From Nannocystis sp. (GTDB lineage Bacteria; Myxococcota_A; Polyangia; Nannocystales; Nannocystaceae), in the NCBI RefSeq assembly GCF_016717175.1, contig NZ_JADKFZ010000003.1: a stretch of DNA of 64,000 nt, one strand, 5' to 3'. The notes under the pieces are model-generated. The model was given only the letters and a program-made list of their open reading frames with translations, did no database searches and was not told the origin of the DNA. Made by a program: the position numbers and the translations under genes. Below are positions 51,788 to 61,615 of this stretch, in pieces. Positions within the stretch are counted from its first letter, which is position 1; every line of letters starts with the position of its first letter.

Positions 51788-53814
51788 CACCCCAGCCCCT
51801 CCCGCCGGAGCTCGAGCGCCTGCTCGCTCGCTTCTCTGGCGAGAGCTGGCGCGAGCGCAAGCAGGCCGTCAAGGATCTTCAGGCCGCGCTCGAGCGCGTC
51901 CCCCCGACCCCGGAGGTGCTGGTCGCGCTGCTCGAGCGCCTGCTCGACGGCCTCACCTCGGAGTCCGTCCCGGCCCGCTCGACCTGCCACGAGATGCTCG
52001 TCCACCTCGGCAGCTCCGGCCTCGCCGGCGCGCTGCGACGCCTGCAGGCCGGCGGTCGCGGGGCCCGGATGTACGTCGACCTCCTGGCCGACATCGGCAA
52101 GCCCGAGCACGTCCCGCTGCTCGCCGTGGTCCTGCAGACCGCCACCGACGACAACGTCCGCGCCTCCGCGGCGGCCGCCCTCGGGGCGATCGGCGGGCCC
52201 GCGGCCGAGGCGGCCCTCAAGCAGGCCCTGGCGGACAGCTCCGACATGCTGCAGCTGTTCGCCCTCGACGCGCTGCGCTCGATCGGCGCCGCCCTCTCGG
52301 TCGATCTCCTGCTCCCGCGCATCGACAACGCCGTCACTCGCCGCGCCGCCACCTCGCTGCTCGGCCACAGCGCGACCCCCGAGGCGCTCGACCTCCTGGT
52401 CGCCCTCCTGCGCGACAGCATGGCCGGCGTGCGCGCGGCGGCGGCGGTCGCCCTCGTCACCCTCGACGCCGCCCTCGCCGACCAGGGCAAGCCCGACGCC
52501 GTCGCCGCGGCGCTCGCCGGCAGCATCGACGACGCCGTCCGTCAGCGCCAGCGCGAGCTCGTCGAGCACCGCCAGACGGAGGTCAAGATCGCCGCGCTCG
52601 AGCTGTGCCGCATGACCAAAGATGCAGGTGCCTTGAGACATGTCCTCTCGGCCATGTCGGACCCCGTCGTGCGTGAGCGGGCCGCCGGCTTCGTCACCGC
52701 CCTGGGCGCCGAGGCCGGCCCGGCCCTCATGGCGCTCGCACCGTCGGTCGGCGCGGCGACCCTCGGTGATCTCTTCGTCCTGATCGGCGCGCTCGGCCCC
52801 GAGGTCGGGCCGTCCGACGGGCCCCTCATCGCCGTCCTGGTCGCCGGCCTCGAGCACCCCGATCCAGCGACCGCCTGCGTCGCCGCTGGCGCGCTCGGCC
52901 GGGTCGGAGACGCCGCCGCCTTCGCGCCTCTGGTCGCGACGCTCGGCGCACCCGACCCGCTCGGAGAGGCCACCGCCGCTGCGCTCGTCGTCCTCACCGA
53001 ACGCCACGGCCCCGCCGCACCCGCGGCCGCGGCCCTCCTGCGCGGCGCCACCACGGCCACCGGCACCCGCGCGCGCAACCTCTGTCGCGTCCTCGGGGCT
53101 CTCGGCCGCGGCGGCGACACCCGCTACGTGCCGCCGCTGGTCGCCCTCCTCGGCGCCCCCGAGCCGCTGGTCCGCGTCGCCGCAGCGCGGGCCCTCGGTC
53201 ACATCGCTGGTGAGCACGAGGGCGTCACCGCGTTGTGCATGGTCCTCCACGACGGCGACGCCGGCGTGCGCGCGGCGGCCTGCCGCAGCCTCGGTCAGGT
53301 CGGCGCTGGCGCGGCCGTCCAGGCGCTGCTGGGCGCCACCACCGACGACAGCGCCCAGGTCCGCGCCGCCGCCGTGCACGCCCTCGTCAGCCTCGACAAC
53401 CCCGTCGCGCTGGCTCGCCTCCGCGAGATCGTGCTCGCCGACAGCTCGCCGAGCGTCGTCATCCCCGCGATCGCCGGCCTCGGTCGCGGCGGCGGCGACC
53501 TCGACCTCACCCTCCTGATGAGCCTGTGCGGCTCCACCGATCACGAGGTCGCCAAGGCCGCCGCCCGCGGACTGGTCCGCTTCAGCGCCCACCGGGCCAC
53601 CGCCGCCGTCCTCGGTCTGCTCGCGCACGATCGCTGGGACGTGCGCTGGGCCGCCGCCGAGGTGCTCGCCGAGCGCGGTGACCTCACCGCCCTCGCGCCG
53701 CTGCGCCGCGTCCAGGCGCTCGAGCGCGACCCGCTGGTGCGGCAGGTCCTGGCCGGCGCGGTCGCTCGCCTCGAGGGCCTCGCGGCGGCCAGCGACTCGG
53801 AGCTCCCCGCGTGA
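51778..53814 (+). CDS. HEAT-repeat (PBS-lyase-like) protein
   Basis: ORF 51778..53814 (GTG start, 10-nt overlap). Repeated ...VRAAAAxALGxIG... HEAT/PBS-lyase-type units throughout. Confidence 0.7.
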   Translation: MDLTPQPLPPELERLLARFSGESWRERKQAVKDLQAALERVPPTPEVLVALLERLLDGLTSESVPARSTCHEMLVHLGSSGLAGALRRLQAGGRGARMYVDLLADIGKPEHVPLLAVVLQTATDDNVRASAAAALGAIGGPAAEAALKQALADSSDMLQLFALDALRSIGAALSVDLLLPRIDNAVTRRAATSLLGHSATPEALDLLVALLRDSMAGVRAAAAVALVTLDAALADQGKPDAVAAALAGSIDDAVRQRQRELVEHRQTEVKIAALELCRMTKDAGALRHVLSAMSDPVVRERAAGFVTALGAEAGPALMALAPSVGAATLGDLFVLIGALGPEVGPSDGPLIAVLVAGLEHPDPATACVAAGALGRVGDAAAFAPLVATLGAPDPLGEATAAALVVLTERHGPAAPAAAALLRGATTATGTRARNLCRVLGALGRGGDTRYVPPLVALLGAPEPLVRVAAARALGHIAGEHEGVTALCMVLHDGDAGVRAAACRSLGQVGAGAAVQALLGATTDDSAQVRAAAVHALVSLDNPVALARLREIVLADSSPSVVIPAIAGLGRGGGDLDLTLLMSLCGSTDHEVAKAAARGLVRFSAHRATAAVLGLLAHDRWDVRWAAAEVLAERGDLTALAPLRRVQALERDPLVRQVLAGAVARLEGLAAASDSELPA

Positions 53815-54674
53815 GTGCCCCGCGTCCGCCCCTCGATCGCGGAGCCGTGCGCATCCGGATCTCGCCCGAGGAGACGCGCCTCCTACAGGAGCTGATCCTC
53901 GAGCACTGCGGCGTCAACCTCGGCGTCGACGCCGGCTTCCTGTTCGAGCGTCGCCTCGGCGTCCGCCTCGAGGCCCTCTCGCTCGCGTCCTTCCGCGAGT
54001 ACTTCCATTACCTCAGCTACGACCTCGACGGCCCCGCCGAGCTCGAGGACTGCATCGAGCGCATCACCACCCACGAGACCTACTTCTTCCGCGAGCAGTT
54101 CCAGCTCGACGCCTTCCGCCAGGAGATCATCCCGCAGCTCGTGCATGGCGACGCCGGGGGCCGCGGTCCCGCCGTGTGGAGCGCCGGCTGCTCGACGGGC
54201 GAGGAGGCCTACACGATCGCGATGTTGCTGGCCGAAGCCGCCCCCCAGGCCGCCAGCCTCGTGATCGGCAGCGACATCAGCCGCAAGGTCCTCGCCACCG
54301 CACAGCAGGGCGTCTACGGCCCCGCCAGCTTCCGCACCACCGACGACGCCGTGCGCGATCGTCAGTTCCTCCCCGCCGGCCCCGGCCTGTGGCGCGTGCC
54401 CCCATCGATCCGTCGCATGTGCAGCTTCGTCCACCTCAACCTGCTGGAGGTCGCACGCTACGCCACGCTCGGCCGACTCGACGTGATTTTCTGCCGCAAT
54501 GTCCTGATGTATTTGTCGAGCCCGGCCCGCCATCGCATCGTCGAGGCGTTCTACGATGCCCTCGTGCCAGGCGGCTTCCTCCTCCTCGGCCACTCCGAGA
54601 GCCTGCTTAACGTCACCACCCGCTTCGACCTCGTCCACCTCAGCAGCGACCTCGTGTACCGCCGCCCCGCGTGA
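53811..54674 (+). CDS. cheR: Chemotaxis protein methyltransferase CheR
   Basis: ORF 53811..54674 (GTG overlapping the upstream TGA). TYFFREQ, VWSAGCSTGEEAYTIAMLL SAM-binding motifs. Confidence 0.85.
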   Translation: MSAPRPPLDRGAVRIRISPEETRLLQELILEHCGVNLGVDAGFLFERRLGVRLEALSLASFREYFHYLSYDLDGPAELEDCIERITTHETYFFREQFQLDAFRQEIIPQLVHGDAGGRGPAVWSAGCSTGEEAYTIAMLLAEAAPQAASLVIGSDISRKVLATAQQGVYGPASFRTTDDAVRDRQFLPAGPGLWRVPPSIRRMCSFVHLNLLEVARYATLGRLDVIFCRNVLMYLSSPARHRIVEAFYDALVPGGFLLLGHSESLLNVTTRFDLVHLSSDLVYRRPA

Positions 54675-55918
54675 GCGGGTCCTCGCCAACGCCTCTGCTC
54701 GCCATGGAAACCCTCGATCCCCCGCTGCGTGCGCCTGGCCAGAAGGTCCGCGTCCTCGTCGTCGACGACTCGGCCTACAACCGGCAGACGATCAGCGCGA
54801 TGCTCGAGTCGGACCCCCAGATCGAGGTCATCGGCCGCGCCTCGAACGGCAAGGAGGCGCTGCGTCAGGCCTTCGATCTCCACCCGGACGCCATCACCCT
54901 CGACCTCGAGATGCCGGAGATGGACGGCTTCGCCTTCCTCCGCCTGTTGATGGCCAAGCGACCGGTCCCGGTGATCGTCATCTCCAGCCACAGTGAGCGC
55001 GACAACGTGTTTCGCGCGCTCGAGCTCGGCGCGATGGACTTCATCGCCAAGCCGGGTCGCCACATCGGCCCCGACCTGCGCATGATCCAGGACGACCTCG
55101 TGCTCAAGATCCGCACGGTCGCCCGCCTCAGCGTCGTGCGCCTGCTGGCCCGCGCCCAGGCGCTCGTCGAGCAGCGCTCCGATCGCAGCACCGGCGAGCT
55201 CCCGGCCTTCGACAGCGGCCGCTACGACGTCGGCGGCGGGACCCAGCCGCCGATGCTCGGGGTCCTCGGCATCGCCGCGTCGACCGGCGGACCGCCCGCG
55301 ATCCAGCAGCTGCTGTGCGCCCTGCCGTCGACCTTGCCGCTGGCGATCGTCATCGCCCAGCACATGCCGGCTCGCTTCACCCGGGCCTTCGCCGCCCGCC
55401 TCGACAAGATCTGCGCGTTCCAGGTGGTCGAGGCCAGCGACGCCCAGGTGCTCAAGGCCGGCACCGTCTACATCGCCCCCGGCGCCGCCAACCTCGAGGT
55501 CGAGTCGTGCAACCCGCCCGGTGCGGCCCGCGTCCGCGTGCGACCACCGCGGCAGGGCGCCGCCATCGTCCCGTCCGGCGACATGCTGTTCAAGACCGCC
55601 GCCGACGTGTTCGGGCCCCGCTTCTGCGCTCTCGTGCTGACCGGGATGGGCTCCGACGGCCGCGAGGGCGCCGAGCTGGCGCGCCGCGCCGGTGCCACCG
55701 TGCTCGCCGAGGATCCGCGCACCGCCGTCATGCCCGGCATGCCCGGCTCCGCCATCGACGCCGGTGTCGTCGACCAGGTCCTCGCGCTCGAGGAGCTGCC
55801 CGTGGCGATCCAGCGCTTCGCCGACCACTGCCGCGGCCTGGCTGTCAGCTCCGGCGGGCCTGGCGGGCGCCATGACACCGGGCCTCGCGGCGATTCCGGC
55901 AGCTCCAGCGAACGTTGA
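54671..55918 (+). CDS. cheB: Chemotaxis response regulator protein-glutamate methylesterase CheB
   Basis: ORF 54671..55918 (GTG overlap). Receiver (VLVVDDS...TLDLEMPEMDG) plus methylesterase (GIAASTGGPPA, QHMP, GMGSDG). Confidence 0.85.
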   Translation: MSGSSPTPLLAMETLDPPLRAPGQKVRVLVVDDSAYNRQTISAMLESDPQIEVIGRASNGKEALRQAFDLHPDAITLDLEMPEMDGFAFLRLLMAKRPVPVIVISSHSERDNVFRALELGAMDFIAKPGRHIGPDLRMIQDDLVLKIRTVARLSVVRLLARAQALVEQRSDRSTGELPAFDSGRYDVGGGTQPPMLGVLGIAASTGGPPAIQQLLCALPSTLPLAIVIAQHMPARFTRAFAARLDKICAFQVVEASDAQVLKAGTVYIAPGAANLEVESCNPPGAARVRVRPPRQGAAIVPSGDMLFKTAADVFGPRFCALVLTGMGSDGREGAELARRAGATVLAEDPRTAVMPGMPGSAIDAGVVDQVLALEELPVAIQRFADHCRGLAVSSGGPGGRHDTGPRGDSGSSSER

Positions 55919-55994
55919 CCGGCTTCATGCTTTTCTGCACCCCGCGCGCCAGGGCCAGGATCGGGCGGCGCTGCGGCGTGATATCTTCGCCGAG

Positions 55995-56861
55995 ATGCGC
56001 GTGCAGGACACGGGTCAGGGCGATCGGAGCTCCCGGCCCTTGGCTTCTCTCCAAGACTTCTTCGGCCGCGGCGAGGTGTTTGTCCGCCAGCTCATCGCCG
56101 AGAACCAGCGCCTGCGCAGCGAGCTCCACGAGGCCCACCCTGGCCGTGACGACCTCCCCGCGCAGCATTCCGCCTCGATCATCGAGGACCTCATGGCCCG
56201 CGTCGCCGAGCTCGAGGTGGCCGCCGCGGCGACTGAAGCTGCGGACGACGAGGACGACGACGACACCGACACCGACCCGTCCGACTCCGCTCGCGTCCTC
56301 GGCCTGACCGAGCGCGTCGAGCAGCTCGAGGACGAGAACTACCACCTCGCCTCGATGTACGTCGCCGGCTTGCAGTTCCACTCGGCGCGCACGCTCGCCG
56401 AGGTGCTGCAGACGGTCACGGAGATTCTGCTCAACTTCGTCGGCGTCGGCGCCTTCACCGTCTTCATGCTCGATGAGGAGCGCCAGATGTTGTTCGCCCT
56501 GGTGCGCGAAGGCGGCGACATCGAGGCCTGCGGCGAGGTGCCGGTCCACGGCGAGGCCGGCGCGTTGGGGCCCTTCGCCGCGATGATCCAGCGCGCCCGC
56601 CCATGGACCCGCGGAGATCCCGCATACGCGGACGACAACGCGATCCTGTATCTTCCCCTGGTCAGCAACCGCCGGCTCGTCGCGGTGCTGCGCCTGGAGG
56701 GCTTCCTGCCCCAGAAGCCAGGCTTCGACGACAACGACTTCAGCTTGCTGTCTATGATCTCCGAACACGCGGGCATCGCCATCGAGACGGCCTGGATCCG
56801 GGCCCACGCGAAGACAGTGCCGCTGCAACGACAGGCCGTGGAGCATCTGGTGGGCGCATGA
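55995..56861 (+). CDS. Coiled-coil + GAF-domain protein (an alternative in-frame ATG at 55872 would overlap cheB by 47 nt)
   Basis: Frame of ORF 55692..56861. QLIAENQRLRSEL / LEDENYHL coiled-coil segments, acidic linker, then a GAF-like fold (LAEVLQTVTEILLNFVGVGAFTVFMLDEE...). Confidence 0.6.
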   Translation: MRVQDTGQGDRSSRPLASLQDFFGRGEVFVRQLIAENQRLRSELHEAHPGRDDLPAQHSASIIEDLMARVAELEVAAAATEAADDEDDDDTDTDPSDSARVLGLTERVEQLEDENYHLASMYVAGLQFHSARTLAEVLQTVTEILLNFVGVGAFTVFMLDEERQMLFALVREGGDIEACGEVPVHGEAGALGPFAAMIQRARPWTRGDPAYADDNAILYLPLVSNRRLVAVLRLEGFLPQKPGFDDNDFSLLSMISEHAGIAIETAWIRAHAKTVPLQRQAVEHLVGA

Positions 56862-57271
56862 CGCAAGACAGCACAGAGACCACGAGACGGCTGCAGGCGC
56901 TGGTTGTCGAGGACAGCCCGCCGATGCGCAAGATGATCGTGTTCGCCCTGTCGCGGATCAAGGGCCTCGTGGTCGCCGAGGCCGATGACGGCGTCGACGC
57001 GCTGCGCCGCCTCGCCGGCACCAAGTACGACCTCATCATCACCGACATCAACATGCCGATCCTCGACGGCCTGAAGCTCGTCAAGCGCCTGCGCGCCGAC
57101 GAGTCCTACATGCACGTCCCGATCATCATCATCACCACCGAGGGCGCCGCCGAGGACCGCCAGCGGGCGCTGGCGCTCGGCGCCAACGCGTACATCACCA
57201 AGCCGATCCAGGCCCCACAGGTGATCAAGCTGGTGAAGGAGATCCTCGGCATCGTCGACGACCCGCGTTAG
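56858..57271 (+). CDS. cheY: CheY-like single-domain response regulator
   Basis: ATG at 56858 overlapping the upstream TGA (ATGA); tail of ORF 56603..57271. ALVVEDS...DLIITDINMPILDGL...K. Confidence 0.8.
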   Translation: MTQDSTETTRRLQALVVEDSPPMRKMIVFALSRIKGLVVAEADDGVDALRRLAGTKYDLIITDINMPILDGLKLVKRLRADESYMHVPIIIITTEGAAEDRQRALALGANAYITKPIQAPQVIKLVKEILGIVDDPR

Positions 57272-57299
57272 CGGCTCGTGACTCGATCAGGCCTCGACC

Positions 57300-58268
57300 A
57301 TGGCTCGCCCCGCGCCCGGTCGCCGCGCTGCCCCGCCTCGCCCCGCACCTGTCTCGAAGGCCAGCCCCGGGGGCCTCGACGGCGCGATCGACGAGTACCT
57401 CATGCACCTCAAGGTCGAGCGGGGCCTGCGGCCCAACTCGCTCACCGCCTACGCCCAGGACCTGCGCGAGCTGGCCGCCTTCCTGGTCGCTCGCCTCGGT
57501 GACCCGGCCCCGCTCGCGCGCGTCGACCCGCCGCTGCTGCTCGCCTATCTGCAGGCGATCGCCCCGAAGCTCAAGGCCCGCAGCCAGGCCCGCCGCGTCG
57601 TCGCCCTGCGCGGCCTGTTCCGCTGGCTGCGCGAGGAGGGGCAGATCGCCGTCGACCCCAGCCAGGGCCTCGCCGCGCCGCGCCTGGCCCAGAAGCTCCC
57701 CGACCTGCTCGGCCGCGACGAGGTCCTGCGCCTGCTCGCCGCGCCCGGTAGCGACGGCCCGCTCGCGCTGCGCGACACGGCCCTGCTCGAGCTGCTCTAC
57801 GCCAGCGGCTGCCGCATCTCCGAGGCGCTCGACCTCAGCCTCGATCGCCTCTACCTCGACCAGGCCGTGGTCCGGCTGATCGGCAAGGGCGACAAGATGC
57901 GCCTGTGCCCGATCGGCGGCCCCGCGGTCGCGGCCCTGCACGCCTGGCTGCGCGACGGCCGACCCGCGCTGGCTCGGGGCAAGCGCCCGAGCCCGCTGGT
58001 CTTCCTCAACAAGAGCGGCGCCCGCCTGTCACGCCAGGGCTTCTTCCAGAAGCTGCGCGAGCACGCGATCGCGGCCGGCATCACCCGCGACATCTCGCCG
58101 CACAAGCTCCGCCACAGCTTCGCCACCCACCTGCTCGAGGGCGGCGCTGACCTGCGCGCCGTGCAGACCCTGCTCGGCCACGCCGACATCGCCACGACCC
58201 AGATCTACACCCACGTCAGCGACGCCCAGCTGCGCAGCGCCCACCGCAAGCACCACCCGCGCGCCTGA
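57300..58268 (+). CDS. Tyrosine site-specific recombinase (XerC/XerD family)
   Basis: ORF 57300..58268. Core-binding domain plus catalytic R...[27 protein letters not shown]...Y motifs. Confidence 0.8.
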   Translation: MARPAPGRRAAPPRPAPVSKASPGGLDGAIDEYLMHLKVERGLRPNSLTAYAQDLRELAAFLVARLGDPAPLARVDPPLLLAYLQAIAPKLKARSQARRVVALRGLFRWLREEGQIAVDPSQGLAAPRLAQKLPDLLGRDEVLRLLAAPGSDGPLALRDTALLELLYASGCRISEALDLSLDRLYLDQAVVRLIGKGDKMRLCPIGGPAVAALHAWLRDGRPALARGKRPSPLVFLNKSGARLSRQGFFQKLREHAIAAGITRDISPHKLRHSFATHLLEGGADLRAVQTLLGHADIATTQIYTHVSDAQLRSAHRKHHPRA

Positions 58269-58277
58269 GCTGCGCGG

Positions 58278-58294
58278 CCTGTCCCAAGGGACAG
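58278..58294. promoter_or_regulatory. Perfect palindrome cctgtccc-aa-gggacag 10 nt after the recombinase stop
   Basis: 7-bp perfect arms read from the sequence. Confidence 0.4.
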
Positions 58295-58303
58295 ACCGCT
58301 GCG

Positions 58304-59143
58304 TCACGGGCAGCGCGGCGCGACGAAGCTGCCCTCGAGCTGCGGCTCGCTGAAGCTGAAGAAGCCGTCGACGTGGCACAGCCGGCCCGTCACGTTCTGG
58401 TCGTCGATCGCCAGGATCTCGAAGGTCGCGCCGAAGCTGCCGCCACCGAACGCGCAGTCGCTGTTGTTGCCGTTGACCGGGCCGGTCTCGCTGGCGCTGC
58501 CGGTCACGTCCTGCCCGAGCAGGTTGAACACGCCGGGCGACTGAAACTCGGGCGGAATGGCGATCGTCACGTCCCAGTGTTCGCCGCACGGGAGCGACGC
58601 CTGCGGGTCGACGCAGCTCGCCTTCTGGTCCGAGAGCCGCACGTACAGCGTGGCCGGGTCCGGCTCGCCGCCGCCGCTGCTGCCGCTGGTGCCCGTGGGG
58701 TTCGGCTGCGGGGGGATCTGCGACTTGAGATACGCGAGGGTCTCGACCCCGGCCAGCGGCGTGGCCATCCCCTCGCACGGCACCACGGGCGGCGGATCGC
58801 TGGTGTCGCCGGTGTCCAGCGAGGTCTGGCTGGTGGCGACGGTGGTCGCGCTGGTCGCCCCGGTGGTGGCGCTCGCGGTGCCCGGATCGCTGGTGGCGGT
58901 GGTCGTCGTGCCGGTCGCGGAGCCGGCCGATCCGCCGGAGCCGCTGTTGGTGGCCGACGCGGTACCTGGGCTGGTCGGGTCGCTGGCGCCGGTGGTCAGC
59001 TCCTCACCGGTGGTGGTCATGGTGCCGCTCGAGTCACCACCCTCGTCGTTGCCCATCTTGGGGCCGCAGGCGAGGCCAGCGGTGAGGCCAGTGGCGAGGC
59101 TGATGACGACGAGGGCGGGGAGCTTGTCGAGAAATGAAGCCAT
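58304..59143 (-). CDS. Thr/Ser/Gly-rich lipoprotein with Cys-containing C-terminal domain
   Basis: ORF 58304..59188(-). Start placed at [26 protein letters not shown] (lipobox). The 45-nt upstream extension overlaps a tandem repeat. Confidence 0.55.
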   Translation of the reverse strand: MASFLDKLPALVVISLATGLTAGLACGPKMGNDEGGDSSGTMTTTGEELTTGASDPTSPGTASATNSGSGGSAGSATGTTTTATSDPGTASATTGATSATTVATSQTSLDTGDTSDPPPVVPCEGMATPLAGVETLAYLKSQIPPQPNPTGTSGSSGGGEPDPATLYVRLSDQKASCVDPQASLPCGEHWDVTIAIPPEFQSPGVFNLLGQDVTGSASETGPVNGNNSDCAFGGGSFGATFEILAIDDQNVTGRLCHVDGFFSFSEPQLEGSFVAPRCP

Positions 59144-59210
59144 GGCGCCAGGCATAACATGGTGCCGCGGCATTGCGGTCACCTTCACCTGGCGCCTTCA
59201 CCTGGCGCCT

Positions 59211-59342
59211 TCACTTGGAGAACGCGCGCCCGAGCTCGCGGCTCAGGCGACCGCTCTGCAGGCGGTTCTCGACCTCACCATAGGCGGCATAGAGGGCGGG
59301 GAGCAGGCTGGCGATGGCGACGACGGTGATGAAGAGAGACAT
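59211..59342 (-). CDS. Candidate 43-aa small hydrophobic protein (MSLFITVVAIASLLPALYAAYGEVENRLQSGRLSRELGRAFSK)
   Basis: Own translation; below the size cutoff of the ORF track. AGGAAG Shine-Dalgarno-like sequence 8-11 nt upstream of the ATG. One predicted TM helix. Directly upstream of the lipoprotein gene on the same strand. Confidence 0.3.
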   Translation of the reverse strand: MSLFITVVAIASLLPALYAAYGEVENRLQSGRLSRELGRAFSK

Positions 59343-59582
59343 GGTGGTTGCTTCCTCTGCCGGCCCCATTAGCGAGAAGCATGCCGGTCGCTTGTGGTAC
59401 TCAACTATTTGAAATCAATGAATTCATGACACATGTCCGGCCTGGCTCGCGCTGGCAACTCGAGTTTCGTGGCCAGCAGCCCGAGCAGCCACCCCCGCTT
59501 GCGAACCTGGCTCTTGAGGCAGGTCATCAGCGCTTCGTCGCTTCGTTGACGGGCCCGGGCCGCTTCTCTACAGTCCCTCGCC

Positions 59583-60452
59583 GTGACGAAGACAAGCAGT
59601 GGCGTGGGATTGTTCCTGGCGGCGCTCTGCGCCTGTGTCACGCCGCAGGGCGGCACGACGAGCGACGCTGGCAGCAGCAGCGGCGGCGGCTCGGAGCCGA
59701 CCACCGACGAGCCGCCCGACAGCGACGCGAGCGGCCCGATCCAGACCGTCACCAGCGACACCGACCCCGACCCGACGGGCTCGAGCACCGCGACCAGCGA
59801 CGCCAGCAGCAGCAGCAGCGGCCATGGCGACACCACCACCGGCGACGCCTGCACCGGCATCGTCGACGCGCTCGCGCTGGCGCTCTCGGCCGACGCGCGC
59901 TGCCAGCTGCTGCTCGCCCTCGACGCCGACGCCGGCCTGGTCGGCTGGCACGCCGTCTGCGGCGCGGTCCCCCCGGCGGATGTCTACGACGCGAAGAGCG
60001 CCCTCACGGCGACGGCCTGCTGCGCCGACGGCATGTTCCTCCAGGATGTCAGCCCCTTCGTCGTCTACTTCGCCCCGGCGGACCCGGCCGAGGGCGGCGT
60101 GGCGATCGTCAGCAACCATCTCGGCGCCGTGGTCTTCGACGCCACCATCGGCATCGCCAATCCCGGGACGATCTCCGTGCCCGACACGTGGAGCCCCGTG
60201 GACATGCTCGGCGTCGGCGCAGGCTGCTCCGACCAGGGCGTCGATCTCACGGGCCTGCAGAGCTTCCACGCCGGGGACGGCGAGATACCCGTGGGCTTCG
60301 AGGCCAAGGTCGGCGAGGCGATCGACGCGACTGCGCTGCCCGCCGCGCTGGCCGGGGCCGCCACCATCGATCGCGCCGTGCTGCTCGGCTACGAGGACCA
60401 CGACAAGGCCCCGAGCAGCTACCTCCTGCTGCTCGAGCTGCGCGCCACCTGA
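59583..60452 (+). CDS. Thr/Ser/Asp-rich lipoprotein
   Basis: ORF 59583..60452 (GTG). Lipobox LAAL|CAC. Low-complexity linker followed by a Cys-containing globular region. Confidence 0.55.
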   Translation: MTKTSSGVGLFLAALCACVTPQGGTTSDAGSSSGGGSEPTTDEPPDSDASGPIQTVTSDTDPDPTGSSTATSDASSSSSGHGDTTTGDACTGIVDALALALSADARCQLLLALDADAGLVGWHAVCGAVPPADVYDAKSALTATACCADGMFLQDVSPFVVYFAPADPAEGGVAIVSNHLGAVVFDATIGIANPGTISVPDTWSPVDMLGVGAGCSDQGVDLTGLQSFHAGDGEIPVGFEAKVGEAIDATALPAALAGAATIDRAVLLGYEDHDKAPSSYLLLLELRAT

Positions 60453-60609
60453 CGCGCCAACGAGCCCACCCGAGGCGCCCCTGAAGCGCCACCTGGGGCG
60501 CCAGAGCGTCGGCACTCGCCCCCACCAGGCGAACGTGGACCGGCGCCGGTCTGGGACCCCGCCAGACGCCGATCCCCCGCGCGCGAAAGCTCCGCCGGGC
60601 GCGCATTTC

Positions 60610-61614
60610 ATGTTATGTGGGAGCATGCAAACGCGCCTACTTACGCCATTCCTCGCCGCGCTCACGCTCGCCCCGATCGCCTGTGGTGACGACAAGGGCG
60701 GCTCGACCAGCAGCGAGACGGACGCCGCCGGCTCGACCACCGGCACGAGCCCGGCGACCACCGACGGTCCGACGCCGACGACCACCGACGGGCCGACGCC
60801 GTCGACCACCGACGAGCCGCCGCCGACCACCACCGTCGATCCAGACCCGACGACCACCGGCGACGGCACCACCGGCGAGCCGGCCGACTGCGCCGCTCCG
60901 GCCGACGCGGCCGACGAGGACGGCGACGGCGTGGCCAACATGGCCGACAACTGCCGCTGCGACGCCAACCCGAACCAGCTCGACTTCGACGGCAACTCGG
61001 TCGGCAACGTCTGCGACGTCCCGCTCAAGTTCACCATCGCCGACGGCACGCCGCCCGAGTTCAACAAGCTCGACACCACCGCCGAGGCCGAGAAGACCCT
61101 GAAGTGCAACTTCCCGGTGAGCCTCATCGTGCTAAACGGCGACGTGCAGGTGACCCTCGACGACGCCGGCACCGCCAAGATCTGGGCCGCCAAGCTCAAC
61201 TTCGCCGACACCCCCGAGCTGACCTGCGACCTGACCCTCGTCAAGGTCAAGCTCAAGATCCAGCAGTTCTTCGCCGACGGCCCCGACAAATTCGTGGTCG
61301 GCTTCCCCTTCACCCTCCCCGATCACGACGCAGGCAGCATCAGCGGCCAGACCGACAGCCCGCAGAGCATCCTCGTCAGCGGCATCATCAACGTCACCGA
61401 GTCCAACAACGAGGGGCTTGCACCGACCGGCGAGAACCCGCTGGAGATGGTCCCCGGCGCCTTCCCGACCGGCCTCGCCTCGGTCGTCAACAAGGGCGAG
61501 CAGGTGTCGGTGGTCTTCGACGACAGCGACTCCATCGTTTTCATGCAGACCACGATGAGCGGCATCAACATCAAGCTCACCGGCCTCAAGGGCACCCTGC
61601 GCCTCAAGATGTGA
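60610..61614 (+). CDS. Lipoprotein with thrombospondin type-3-like calcium-binding repeats
   Basis: In-frame ATG within ORF 59599..61614 (alternative ATG at 60625). Lipobox TLAPIA|C. DEDGDGVANMADNCRCDANPNQLDFDGNSVGNVCD matches the TSP3 DxDxDGxxDxxDNC pattern. Confidence 0.6.
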   Translation: MLCGSMQTRLLTPFLAALTLAPIACGDDKGGSTSSETDAAGSTTGTSPATTDGPTPTTTDGPTPSTTDEPPPTTTVDPDPTTTGDGTTGEPADCAAPADAADEDGDGVANMADNCRCDANPNQLDFDGNSVGNVCDVPLKFTIADGTPPEFNKLDTTAEAEKTLKCNFPVSLIVLNGDVQVTLDDAGTAKIWAAKLNFADTPELTCDLTLVKVKLKIQQFFADGPDKFVVGFPFTLPDHDAGSISGQTDSPQSILVSGIINVTESNNEGLAPTGENPLEMVPGAFPTGLASVVNKGEQVSVVFDDSDSIVFMQTTMSGINIKLTGLKGTLRLKM

Positions 61615-61615
61615 G

